Below the pieces are notes generated by a model that made no database searches, had not been told where the DNA came from, and saw only the letters and a program-made list of their open reading frames with translations. DNA of 64,000 nucleotides from Lytechinus pictus (taxonomy: Eukaryota). This document shows, piece after piece, positions 1-13,600 of the stretch. Made by a program: the position numbers and the translations under genes. Numbering within the stretch: position 1 is the first letter of the stretch; each line of letters starts with the position of its first letter. The DNA is taken from assembly GCF_037042905.1 (NCBI RefSeq), contig NC_087246.1:9116001-9180000 (forward strand). Reading direction: 5' to 3'.

Positions 1-870
1 CTTGGACATAAGAGTAATCAAGTACCACTGAACATCCCGTGCGAGTTTCAGGTCACATGATCAAGGTCAAAGGTCATTTAAGGTCAACGAACTTTGGCCA
101 AGTTAGGGGTATTTGTTGAATTACCATCATAACTTTAAAAGTTTATGGATCTGATTTATGAAACTTGGACATAAGAGTAATCAAGTATCATTAAACATCC
201 TGTGCGAGTTTCAGGTCACATGACCAAGGTCAAAGGTCAATGAACTTTGGCCATGTTGGGGGTATCTGTTGAATTACAATGGTAACTTTGAGAGTTTATG
301 GATCTCATTCATGAAACTTGGTCATAAGAGTAATCAAGTATCACTAAACATCCTGTCCGAGTTTCAGGTCACATGATCAAGGTCAAAGGTCATTTAAGGT
401 CAACGAACTTTAGCCAAGTTGGGGGTATTTGTTGAATTACCATCATAACTTTTAAAGTATATGGATCTGATTCATGAAACTTGAACATAAGAGTAATCAA
501 GTATCATTGAACATCCTGTGCGAGTTTCAGGTCACATGACCAAGGTCAAAGGTCAATGAACTTTGGCCATGTTGGGGGTATCTGTTGAATTACAATGGTA
601 ACTTTGAAAGTTTATGGATCTGATTCATGAAACTTGGACATAAGAGTAATCAAGTACCACTGAACATCCCGTGCGAGTTTCAGGTCACATGATCAAGTCA
701 AAGGTCATACAAGGTCACTGAACTTTGGCCATTTTTGAGGTAATTAGATTGCTGTCATAATTTTCAAAGTTTATAGATATAGTTTATAAAATGTGGATAT
801 AGGCCTAGGGGTAATCAAGTATCACTGACAAGTAGGTTGCATGATCAAGGTCATATGTCATTTATTGTCA
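1..870 (-). mobile_element. Helentron-associated (HINE/DINE-like) non-autonomous element, internal ~120-135 bp tandem repeats (partial)
   Basis: Tandem units with GGTCACATGA-CAAGGTCAAAGGTCA; reverse complement of the family at 15928-17262. Confidence 0.65.
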
Positions 871-956
871 ATGAACGTAGTATTGTATCATTATATGAAT
901 GGTGTTTTTTTGTGAATAATTATTTTATAGTAGATTTCAAAATCAGCACTATTATA

Positions 957-1540
957 CATTTGGTGATATTCGGGAGTTATATAGGCATAGGGGATAGGTC
1001 TGCATGTTTTGACATATCTTGTTTCCTAAAAGATATTGTCTTAGAAACTTCGATCTCAAAATGCTCTACATAGGCATAAAACTTTCATATTTGTTTCGCC
1101 ATAGGCCTGTACCCTTAAAATATTATAATAGCAAGTTTGTATGATCTTAAAATTTATGTTTTATGTACACACTTAAAATGTTGGGCAACGTACTGTCCTC
1201 TGTGTTGGGTAATGTATGTTGGTAAAAATATTCTGGGCAATTATTATCCAATTGAGCAAATTTATTTCCCAATTATTACTTTTTATTACCCATTTTGGGC
1301 AGATTTTAACAAATTGTTGTGTGGACAGTATGTTGCCCAGGGTTAGTTAAAAGTTTTTGCATTTTTCGCCCAACTATTTTAAGGGTACAGGCCTATGGCG
1401 AAACAAATATGAAAGTTTTATGCCTATGTAGAGCATTTTGAGATCGAAGTTTCTAAGACAATATCTTTTAGGAAACAAGATATGTCAAAACATGCAGACC
1501 TATCCCCTATGCCTATATAACTCCCGAATATCACCAAATG
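957..1540. repeat. Foldback element: ~165-bp near-perfect inverted arms
   Basis: 957-1122 (CATTTGGTGATATTCGGGAG...GTACCCTTAAAATA) is the reverse complement of 1376-1540. Confidence 0.85.
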
Positions 1541-1619
1541 CAGTGTCCGCTAACAAATATCTATACAAAACATTGTTGTTACATCATGTTTTGCACTCGA
1601 TCTGTCATAATATGGACAG

Positions 1620-4600
1620 GTTCATTGTTCAGAAGTTGCCCCGGAATCACCAAAGCAAAAACCAATTGATTTACAATGGCGTGGCCCATCTTTACATGGA
1701 CGTTCGCAGTTCATCTTTCTCTCTTTCTGATGTCTCTCTCAATGACACTAATCAACCAGTGGGATATACCTTACAACAGATCTACAAAAACTACCAAAGT
1801 CAGGTATGTACATTATATTCCATTGACCTCTCCAAGGTGTGAAATTAAATTGGAACAGTGATGTTGATTCCCGGGCATAGGCGGCGGAAGCAGGGGGGAC
1901 CTGTCCCCCCTAATTTTTTTCTGGTCCCCTCCCCCCTAAAATGTTGGTTGATAACTTTTTTTTTTTTGCTTGTCAAATTTTTTACCTGTGTCCACCCCAA
2001 AATTTCAGGTGGACCCACCCCCTAAATTTTTGAGCTTCCGCCGCCAATGTTCCCGGGTGTTGAGTTAGGGTCGTGTTATGAAAGAGAATGAAAGGGAGCA
2101 AAGGAAGAATAATGGGAATAAAAATCTTTAAAGTATATGGAAATGCAGTAGACAATTTAGTGGAGTAGAAACCAATTAAAAATGAAGAAAATACTTCAGC
2201 ATTGTTAATCATTGATCATCAATCAATTTAATCTTGGTATGGTCGTCCAAATTTTATTATATTGAGGCCTACTTGACGAGTTTCGGTTTCAAATAGTCCG
2301 TGGTAAAAACCACGTAATCCAATCATAGAATATTATCTATCTTTTTTATGTACATTATTGAGTCTATGAATGGCAAATTATATTTTTCTAAAAGTATTGA
2401 AATTATTGTTAGAATCTAAACTAAAGAAATAAAGAATTAATTCATTAACATTTTTTTAAGTGAAACCAAGCAAGAAATACTTGGTGAAACGATCATTTTG
2501 CATTTTTGTTTCAGTTGATCTGTAATGTAATCTATATGCTAATTCATAATTCAATATTGCTCTTTCAACGTACAGGATGTTATGTACATGATGTATAATG
2601 ATGAATATCCAGACGGAACAAAACAAGACAACAGAGGACATACTAAAGGTATATAGGCTTATGTGAAATAAAAACATATTTATTTCCCACGTATTCTGTA
2701 TTACGAACTAATATTAATTCATGTATAGGCCTGGTGGGTGTTTCATAAAGCTGTTCGTAAGTTAAGAGCGACTTTAAGAACGACTGGTTTCTTATGCCCT
2801 AAATAATCACCATTGAAAATTTAATGGTGAATATCATGTACCACAAGAACAGCTAACATATTTATGAAACGCCCCCCCCCCCCCCTGCAAGAGGGCTACT
2901 GATTGGTAACAATGCGTTGAATACGCGGGTCTCAGGTTTTCCAACTACAGGCCTCTAACGTTTTAATACCATGCAATACCTCTGGTTTAAATTACTTTTC
3001 TTGTAATGTTTAGTCAAGAGTAAAAACATGTTATAAACAAGTAAGACTTGAACATAACATGCAAAAAACCCAAATATATTTCTCATGCTATTGAAAATCG
3101 TAGGCGTTTCTAAAGCATATAGATACGTTACAAAAGTTAGTTGTATTCATTATTCTCATCATAAGAAAATAAAATCTTGACGTTTTGAAAGCATTTTCAT
3201 GCAGCTTAGCAAACATTATATTTACTATTTGCAGGGGCTGTTGCATTTGATAACGAATCCGGGTTTTGGCTGGTTCATAGCGTACCCAGATTCCCAGATG
3301 TTGCTAAGAATAGTTACTACTGGCCTAGTAATGCATGCCCTTACGGTCAATCCATGCTGTGTATCTCCATGAAAACAGACCAATTCGTGGGAGTGGGTAA
3401 GTAACAAGAAGAAATATTTTTTAAGCCTTGTCTTTAGTATATATATATGCCTATATATAGTCGTTTGAAACTGTTTAACATTATTTCCTTTCTTTCCCTT
3501 TCTTTTCATTTGTTCCCCTTTCCATTTCCCCTTTTCTTTCTCTCTCTCTCCCCCTCTTTCTGTCTCTTTCTTTTTAATTATCCCGATGAAATCCGCCGGG
3601 GGGGGGGCAGCTTGCCCCCTCCTACCCCTGCCTGTTACGCCACGGCCCCAATACAATGCTGCTGCGCCGCGCCACCACGGCAGCGTTTAGTCTGCAGGCA
3701 CAGACTGATTGAAACTTTGATCAACAAGTGGATCTCCATACGAGACTAGTACAATTAAAACTTGTCATCGAGGCGGGGGTGTCTTCTTGCTGTTCATTGC
3801 ATTGTGCTGTGTTTTTTATGTTCCAGTTGTAGTTCTATTTCTTGTTTAGAGACCCACTTTTTTTGCAAATTTTCAATCAGGGTCTGTGTTTGCATACTAG
3901 GCCTAGTTAAAAGTTGATCGCTTGCTAGCTAGCTAGCTAGCGCTAGCTGTACCGTATATATTGGTAGTACGTAGGTACGTTACCCATTCATTGATTTTAT
4001 GCTGGATTTAAGGATATGGCAAAGTAATGTCTCTGTCAACGTTAAATTCTACGACTACGCTACTGAGCACAATATTCCTGAATCGTATCAGACGCAGACG
4101 CCGTCATGAAGCCCAAGAACGACGTAGGAGATATTTTGAACACTTCCGAAGACGCCAGCGTGAAACTACGAGCTTGATGGTTCTCCTCTTGTCGATGTTC
4201 GACACAGACGACACGGAACGCATCCCGCGGTCGGTCAGTTCGTTGCCCTATTCCATGCACTGGTGGAATAACATAGTCTTAGCATCATGGGACGATCAAA
4301 CGTGGCTCGAGAATTTCAGGTAATATTCTAATCATTTCTAAAATTAGAGTTTTCTGTCTGTCTGGCAGCTGATTCCGTTTCTCCTGAGTGAGACTTTCGA
4401 CTGTGGACAGATATAACTTAAGTTAATTTACACACTGTCACTGTGATAGTGATTACAGGTCAGTAATCTAGTTGTGTGTCCGGAGACTCAGCTCCGGACG
4501 ATCAATTTTAGAAAGTCATTCGGAAAAATTTACAAGCAAAGTTTCATCAATTTTTAGTACAAAATGTTGAGAAATATTATAGAGAACAAAATGGAAGATG

Positions 4601-7600
4601 ATTACCACTATTGTATTGAATTCAAAGTCTAAAGTCTTTAGTGAAGACAAAAACAGAAGGCTTAAAAAATAGTGTCTGGACACCTGACCCCCATAATATC
4701 CTGCATTATTTCTGGGACCGTTCTCACTACCATCCTAAACACTAGTTACTGGAAACTAGATCTAGTTTAGTAGAAACTAGTTTAACATGTCATGAGAACG
4801 GTTGAAGCGGTCTTTGGAAGCAATCTTCCAAACTGGTTCAGAAAACCACCTCGTGATGTAGTTCTGAATCACTGCCTCGTTAGAGTAAGTGAGGACACAA
4901 CCATTCTTCGGGAAGCAATCTTCGCACATTTCGAGCGTGCTACTTCACACACTGTTATGTATGTGGAAATGGAATACGCTGCGGTTTCAAATTTCATCGT
5001 AAACATGTCGCCCCACTGAGAGTGTTCTGAAAGTGTGACTTGTCCCGAAACTTAGATGATCTAGGCCAACTGGCCAAGACTTTAACTTAAATCAAAATTA
5101 AGAGAGAAAAAATATAGTTCTTGGACTTCTTGGGGGAAAAATTGAAAACAATATCGACCCTCGACATGAAAATGGATAGGGCTAGGCCATATTTTAAATT
5201 CAGATGCCCTTTGAGAAATTGTATCATAAGAATTTAAATGTTGAATGAGTTTGTGTTAACTTATTTTTCACAAGCCATGAATCTACATTTGCCCCTGAAG
5301 GCATTGTTGATGGGCATATTAACTGCCTTGTACAAGAACATTTAAAAAATGCCTAAATATCACTGATTGTAAATTTTTATGTTTTGTATATTAAATCTTC
5401 ATTCTAAAAAGAAACTGAAGGTCTTGATAAACTTAGGCCCGTATTCTGAAGTCAGGTTTAATCCCGGGTTTAACTTAGACCACGGTCTAACTCTGTGCTA
5501 AAATTATGGGGAGCCATAAAATCTGAAATTCTGTTCATATTGTATATTTCTTATGTTTACTTTTTTGTTTCCTTTTGCTTTCATAATGAAGAAAAATACT
5601 TCAAGATATTTCAGATATCATTTCCAGACAATTATGGACAATTTAAGTGCTAAATGAGTTAATAAATTTAATGTGTACTTACTGTAAAGGATTTTTGCCC
5701 CAATTGGCTTTCCATAGTTAAACCACAGCTTTTAAACCAGGCTTCAATTTAAACCTGAGTCCAGAATACGGGTCATATTGTCTACCTCAATTGATCTCAT
5801 CCCACTTGGTCTTAATTTACAATTAGTTTATCTCACTAACCATTTATAATTGCAAGTTAGGCTACACCCATTTTATGATTTTCCTCCATTGATTACGTCT
5901 AGCACCACTTTGGTCTCTATTACATAAAATTTGACAAAGTGCAAAAAAGTAAAAATGTGAGACAAAATAGAAATTCAGACCATCTGGCATTTAGACTAAC
6001 TTAATTGGCCCAACTGAGTATTGGACCAAGTTATGGTTGGACCGAACAGAAATTGGACCAAATTTATGGTAGACCAAGTGAGTTGAGCCAAGATGGTGTT
6101 AGATGATCTGAGAATTAGACCATCTGATAGAAGACCAGGTGGATACAAACTTCCATTGTGCCATCAGAACCAAGTGTACAAGATCACAATACATCTACTG
6201 ATGAAAATGAATTGTTTCGTGTTTTTCCCCATTTTTTTTATTTTCAGGATGACTAAAGAAACATTCAGGTACCTTGTAGAAGAACTCAAACCCCACATTT
6301 CAAAGAAAGATACAAATTGGCGTAGGGCCATACCCGCAGACCAGCGTCTTGCTATCGCCCTTTGGAAGCTATCAACAAACATAGGGTATAAGACAGTAGC
6401 TGAATTGTTTGGAGTTGGAACATCAACTGTTCATCTCATCGTGGTGACCGTTGTATCAGCCATCAACAATGTTTTGAAAAATTATATTTCCATTCCTACG
6501 GGCAAGAGATTGCAGGTACGTACTACGTAGAGTATTGATAGTTATTGCAGTAATTATAAAACTCAGGAAGTTAAGAATCCACTCTGATTTTGGTTATCTT
6601 GTATCAAGTGTTAACCACAAACATTTCTAATTCACATAATTTCTATTCTAAGACCATGATGTGGGAAGGGTAAAGGCCATCCAAATTTGGCCAAGATTAT
6701 AAATGAATTAGAACATTTGACCTCGACCATCCATATACTTCCATATTTACATTAAAACTAAATGCAAAATGATACTTTTAGAAAGGACAGTAAAGAAGCA
6801 AAACAACCTCGAACATTCCATCATGTTGATGGGTTGTTTTCCAAACAATAGCAATACACATGCCTGTGTGTGCTTTCTCTATATCCGTTGGTAATTCTAA
6901 AGAGTTCATTATTACAGTCTAGCTTCCTTCATTTCCATCAGCATGCGGTTTAGCTTTAAGCAAAGTGAAGGAGACTGAAAATTGTTAGAGGAAAGCATTT
7001 GCTTCTGATTTAGTTTGTAATAGTAAGACACTGTAATTCTAGACACTGCAAGTGAAAACTCCATGTAGAAGTACAAATATCAGTCACATCAGCCCCTCAG
7101 TTTGACCATGGACCTATTATGATTAGACTTGTTTAAAGATAACTAGAAAATCGCTTTTCTTCAGGTTAAGATGCTACGTACCGAGTAGTTGTATTTAGGA
7201 ATTTGAATGAGTGCACAGAATATGTCTTCTTTGCAGGATTGTATGGAGTGCTTTGAACACAAGGGATTCCCCCAAGCTGTGGCAGCCGTTGATTGCTGTC
7301 ATATGCCCATATTAGCTCCACCCAGCAAACGAGAGTACATCAACAGAAAAGGGTTTTCATCCATTATACTTCAAGCGGTCATTGATAGCTTTGGACAGTT
7401 CATTGATTTAGACATAGGATGCCCTGGTAGCATGGATGAAGCAGAAGTGTTTAGAAAATCAAAAATTTCTACAAAGGTGAAAAATAATACCATCTTCTGC
7501 GTACCACCCAAGGTCATTGAAACCACTTCCATTCCTGCCTTGATGCTTGGGGCTGAACCATATCCACTCATGCCAAACCTTATGAAACCATACAATACAG

Positions 7601-10600
7601 AATTAACACTAACAGCTGCACAGAGAGTGTTCAATCAGAGACTAAGCTCTTGCCATGGTATAGTTCAACAGGCCTTTAAGCGTCTTAAAGGGAGATGGTG
7701 TATCCTTGATAATATGATGGACAAGTTTGAAAAGGCCCCCTCTCTAGTCCTAGCATGCTGCATTCTTCACAACATTGTAGAAAGTAAACGTGAGCCATTC
7801 CTGGATGAGTGGACAAAAGAAGATGTTTTCTCTGTGCCACATAGACCAGTCCAGGATGATGCTATCTGTGGAACAAATGCTACTTCCATCCGCAATGCAC
7901 TTACTCTACACTTTATTGATAAAGGTACCACAGAGTAGCCATTGTCAAACTGGCAAATTTACTGCCATTTCACAAGGAAAAATGAACAGGTAGGTGTCAA
8001 ATAAAGCTGTTCGTAAGTTACAAGCGATTTCATGAACAACTGGTGATTCTTTCTTGTGGTAACAGGTGATATATACACCATATTTTCATTGGGTTCGATT
8101 TAGCGCCGAAGAAAGGCTCACCAGCAACTTGTCGTTCTTAAAGTCACTCGTAACTTACAAAAAATTTTACGAAACACTTATCTATTCATATAAAGGCAAG
8201 GAAATGAATGCATGTTGTAAAGTGTGCATCAACATAAACTATTGAATGTGGTCTTTTCCAGTTTTCCATATTTCATTTTTATTATTGCATAGAGGTAATA
8301 GACCATTTAGGTAGTCCATGCTATCATTGTTCAAACCAGTCTAGACTACAAGTGCACATGTGTACACATGCATAAAGTAATAATACACTTTTTTTACATT
8401 GAACTGAAGGAGCATAATCTGCATTGAAATTTCAAACATGCAGATGGTGTGTATTAATGACTGCTGCCCAGAATGTTATACTATCGTTTGTTGCTAATTT
8501 ACATGCCCACCCACAGTCAGGCGGCAGGTCCCAAGAAAGTGGCTTCTTTCATCCAAGTGATATTCATGACTTGAGATGTTTTGCATATTTAATGAGCTTG
8601 ATGCGGACCAAAACACCTCTTTTCATTCGGTCATTGCTGCTCTAATTGTGCATCGAATTTCATAAATTTGGTATCATTGTAAAGAAGAAGAATTATTCTT
8701 TCAGCTCATGTGTTTAGATTTGTTCAAAGATTTTGTAATATAGGTTAAAATTTTGATCTAAAATATGCTACAAAATAATTATTTTCACCTGACAAAAGCT
8801 GCTATTTTCACACTTTATTTTTGTTTGAGCCCAAATGATTTTTAGATCATGATAAAGCTGAATATGTATGCTTTAAAATGATATAGGTTTCAAAATAAGA
8901 ATTGGTTTAATCGGGTCAAGATCACACTTTTCATTTGCCAAGTACATAAAGCAGCTTGAAAACAAGAATACTGCACTCTGATTGGTCAAACAGACCACAC
9001 ACTGGCAAATTCCAACGGTTCTAGAGCCTGGGCTCATGGGAAGGTCACACTTCCCATGTGTTGTTCTGTGAACCTTATCCAGCCAATCAGAACTCTGGAT
9101 TTCATGCAAGTACAAAATTTCAGAAATCTCGTCTTGTACCTTGGTGGGAAAAGTGTGATCTTGACCCGATTAAAAGGTGCCGCATATCAAGAGTGGCATT
9201 GTGAGAAAGTACAGAAGTTCAGCTTTATGTTGATATAGATATCATTGAGGCTCAAAATAAAAAGTTTTGCACAAATTGCAAAAGAAAACAGAGGAAGAAA
9301 ATTCAGTTTTGAGGCACATTTTCAGGCCAGAAATTTACTTATTTAACAAAATATTGTATACAAAAGAAATGACCAATATCAAAGAGTAACCTTTACTCTA
9401 TCTGATGGTGCAATAATATTTCATTTAACTTGAGGTTAAAACAGGTAAATTCTTAGAGAAAGAAAATCTCACGAATCACGAGAATTTGCAAGGAGGAGGA
9501 TTCAGCCACGAGATGATTTGGATGAATCTGGCCTTTTTGCTCATTAGCATAGGGACCTGCGGTCTGACTGCCCATGGTTCTTGAAAGCTTGGGGGGAGTC
9601 AAATATATTGCTGTAAACATGTGTGACCAAATTATTTCCAAACACCCCCTAAACCTGTTTTCTCTGTGTGCAAAATAACCCCCTAAACAAGTTTTTCGAG
9701 GGCTTCATTTACACATTTAGACCCCTAAATAAGTTGTTGCCAGAATATGACCCCCTTAACAAGTTTTGTACAATCGGGAAGAACCCGAACACTTGTCAGA
9801 AATGAGGACGAAAAAGCCCTGGAGAAAAAGCTTGGGGGAAAAAAATACCATAAATACATTTGACCCCGCGATAAAAAAACAGTGTTTTTGATACCCTTAA
9901 CGAGTGCACGCGCGGCCTGCATCCAAAACAGGAAAAAACACCCCTTTAAATGTTTTTTTTTTTTTGGTCACGCATGTATGTGTACAGCAATATATTTGAC
10001 TGACATTTTGTATGCAAGTCCTTGTACATGGTGACTGAAAAAAAATCACCCTGAATTTTATCATTTTAATGAGCAAAAGGCTGTAGAGTTCCCTTATAGA
10101 AATTGACATATCTATATATTCCAATTTTAATATGTAACAGGTATGTATTGTCTCGGGCTCTCGGCATACTGTGCTACTGTGTTTACAATGTACATATAAG
10201 AATTGAACTTAAATTGTTATTCTCTAAAATAAGAACTGTGTTGTTTGTCCTAAGTGATCAACAGTTTCCCTAGGGAATAATTACACTTTCAAGCAAAAGA
10301 AATGAAGAAAATTGTTGAAATTTTATGATGAAATTGTGAATATATTTCCACCAGCATCATTTTTCATTGCTGCCATTTACATTCTCAGTAGCAGACCTGA
10401 CAATGGGACTTCTATTTGGACCAATGAGAGTGACCCAAACAAAATCTTCCCTCCAGGTCAATGTCACATTTGCCATACCAGAGAAAATTTTGGCTGCAAT
10501 GTTTCTAATGTTTACACAATGTTTATAAAAATTTGCAGATTATAAATATTGGAGTTCCCATTTTTTTGAAATTCCAGAGGATGCCATTTACGCACAATAT

Positions 10601-13600
10601 ATATGTACTATTATGTGGTGGATATATATCGTCAGACAAATGACCTTATACCATTTTCATAAGAAAGTACTTCATCCTATTCCATAAATTATAGAATTTA
10701 TACTACATGATATATGAGGGACCTGTTTGCACATGACACCACAAATAAAAAAACATCTTTTTCTTTTTCTTCAACAATAATTTCTCTGTTTGCATTAAGT
10801 AGTAAGCATGGAAGGAACAACAAAACATAAACTAGTTTGAATGAGATAGTTGTTTTATTATTAACGATTCATTGTACATTTTCTTGCCCAAAGTTGCATG
10901 CCTACAATGTGCGAATACATTATACATTCAAACAAATAAATTAAGTGTTTTTCTTTTCCTTGCTACTACACTTATTTACAGATTACTGGTTTGGTTTTAA
11001 TTTGTGAATGATCATCTTTACAAATTAATCCTAATGAAATGTTTGTTTTGTGAAAACCATGACATTATGTTGTAACTAGTCAGTAATCAATCAATATAAA
11101 TAATGTTCTGGGCCTACACATATATCTAACAATACACGATGTTTGCATTCTGACCATTTGTATTTTTGTTACAATTCATAACATACATGTAGCACTTCAC
11201 TAAAGCCGCAGTCACACAGTCACGTTGAGTTATGTCCGCCACGGATAGATACGGATTAGTGGATGCAGCCAGCTGCAGGATCGTAAGTAGACGTATATAT
11301 ATATATACGTAACTACGTCTGTAGTGGGACACAGACTTACGGTGCCAGCCTGCGAAATTTCGAAAAGTTTAAAATTTTGCAGGGAGTCGCTGCGGATGCT
11401 AACGCAAGTAACCATAAAGAAATGCAACTATTCGTATTAAATGTACGTAACAATCCGTACTTTGCAGGTTAGACGCATCTGTGAAAATGTTTACATCGTG
11501 TCCATTTGCGTCCACTGTAAGTATTCCCAATTACCCGCAAGTACTCGTATCCAAACACTTGCGTCCGTATGAAATTGAATTGTTTATGGACAAGTACGGA
11601 TGCTGTGACAATCGTGTCTGTTTACCTTGCTTCTTGGGGAAATTTTCAAATCTGTTCATTTTATTCACATCCACTGAAAAATGAACAAGAATTCATATGA
11701 TTATTTATACGAACAATAAAAGGGAAAAAATCAATACAAGAAAAATAAATATTATGACTTCAGGAAAAAGTTAAACCAACATGCAGTGGATGTAGGTGAT
11801 TGGCAAAGGTCAGGGACCTATCCAGGTCAACCCCCTAAGTTCTGCACATTAACAGTTGATGGAGAGTCGACAAGATATGACTTATATTTCTGCTTAAAAT
11901 AATATGATATTAAACTGGTAGGCCTATTTAGTTAGTCCCTAACTATCATAGTGATAGAGATGGACACGTTTCAATTTATGTTGTCCACATTGTTCCAGAT
12001 GACACATCCTTCGTATTTAATAACATTTCTATAAAAAAATCATACATATATTACAGAGATAAAATTCATTGATATTTCTTGTTGAATACATATTTGTATT
12101 ACTATTAAGAGGTTAAATATCCATATAGTAGGGTCCCTTTGGACGAAGAAATAAAAAAACAAGAAAATAGCCATGTAAATCATAAATATTTAAAATTTTT
12201 AAGCTTCCAAAACAATGAGTCTGCATGGGAAATATGTTGAATTAGTGATTATTTTTTTGTCCATTTTGGTAAAAAACATTATTTTTGTTATAAATAAGAT
12301 GTGCTTCCCCATATTATAGTAAAATATGTTAGACATATCATTAGCTTATCTAAATTATTGCGAATATATTTTTGACGAGATGAATTTCAAGTCTCCTCAT
12401 ACACTACGTGATATTTTATATATGTCATTTATATGGTCTTCCCACATAAGTTTAAAATTGTAAATCTCAACACCAAGGAATGTTAAAGAAGTTTCCTTGT
12501 TTATTATTTTGTTATGGATAGGAAACCTATATCCCCATTATAATTGTTTTCTTAATTCATCAATAATTAGTTGACAATAAGAAATGTACTTAGTGACTAT
12601 TCTTATGCACGTTTTGGCATTAAAAATACTTTTTTGACAAGCCAAACATTGGCTTTCCCAAACACCATTTTTTCAATACAAAAATCTGCATATATTTTGA
12701 GTAAAATCTTCTTTTTCACCTTCTCTCTTTTATGTAGAAATTCATATTTTTTTATTTTAGTTTCCTACTTTTTAACTTAAATGTTATTGATTTGTGATTA
12801 TTTGAATTGAAAATAATTACTGCCTTGTTTTTAGTAAGGTCAGAATCTTACGTATGATGGGTCATTTCTATGGAGGTATAAAGTTATTTTCTCATTAACA
12901 CTGATTGGCAGGGAATATTCTGAGCCTTGTTCATAATTATTATTAACAATCCGTAACCTTCCACACCTGTCCATAAATATCCAAAACTGTTCAAAAGTAT
13001 CTGGAAAAACAAGTCGAAAGAACAAATAACACATCAATTCAGAAGATTTATTCAGACGGCAGGTCCAAGTGATATTCATGACTCGAGATGTTTTGCATAC
13101 TTAATGAGCTTGATGCGGACCAAAACACCTCTTTTCATTCGGTGCTGCTCTAATTGTGCATCGAATTTCATGATTTTGGTATCATTGTAAAGAAGAAGAA
13201 TCATTCTTTCAGGTCATGTGTTTAAATTTATTCAAAGATTTTGTAATATAGGTTAAAATTTTGATCTAAAGTGTGCTACGAAATAATTATTTTCACCTGA
13301 CAAAAGATGCTATTTTCACACTTTGTTTGTTTGAGCCCAAATGATTTTTAGATCATGATAAAGCTGAATATGTATGCTTTAAAATGGTATAGGTTTCAAA
13401 ATAAGAATTGGTTTAATCAGGTCAAGATCACACTTTTCATTGGCCAAGTACATAAAGCAGCTTGAAAACAAGAATACTGCACTCTGATTGGTCAAAATTG
13501 ACTATTTTTTTGACGCAGAGCACTGTGTGACTGTGGCAAATTTAATTTGACTACATGTTATATTTACCTATTCCTAACATCTGTATGTACATGCAGTACT

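Noticed and set aside
4792..5019. 75-aa ORF in transposase intron 1
   Set aside because: No motifs, and it is not needed for the in-frame splice.
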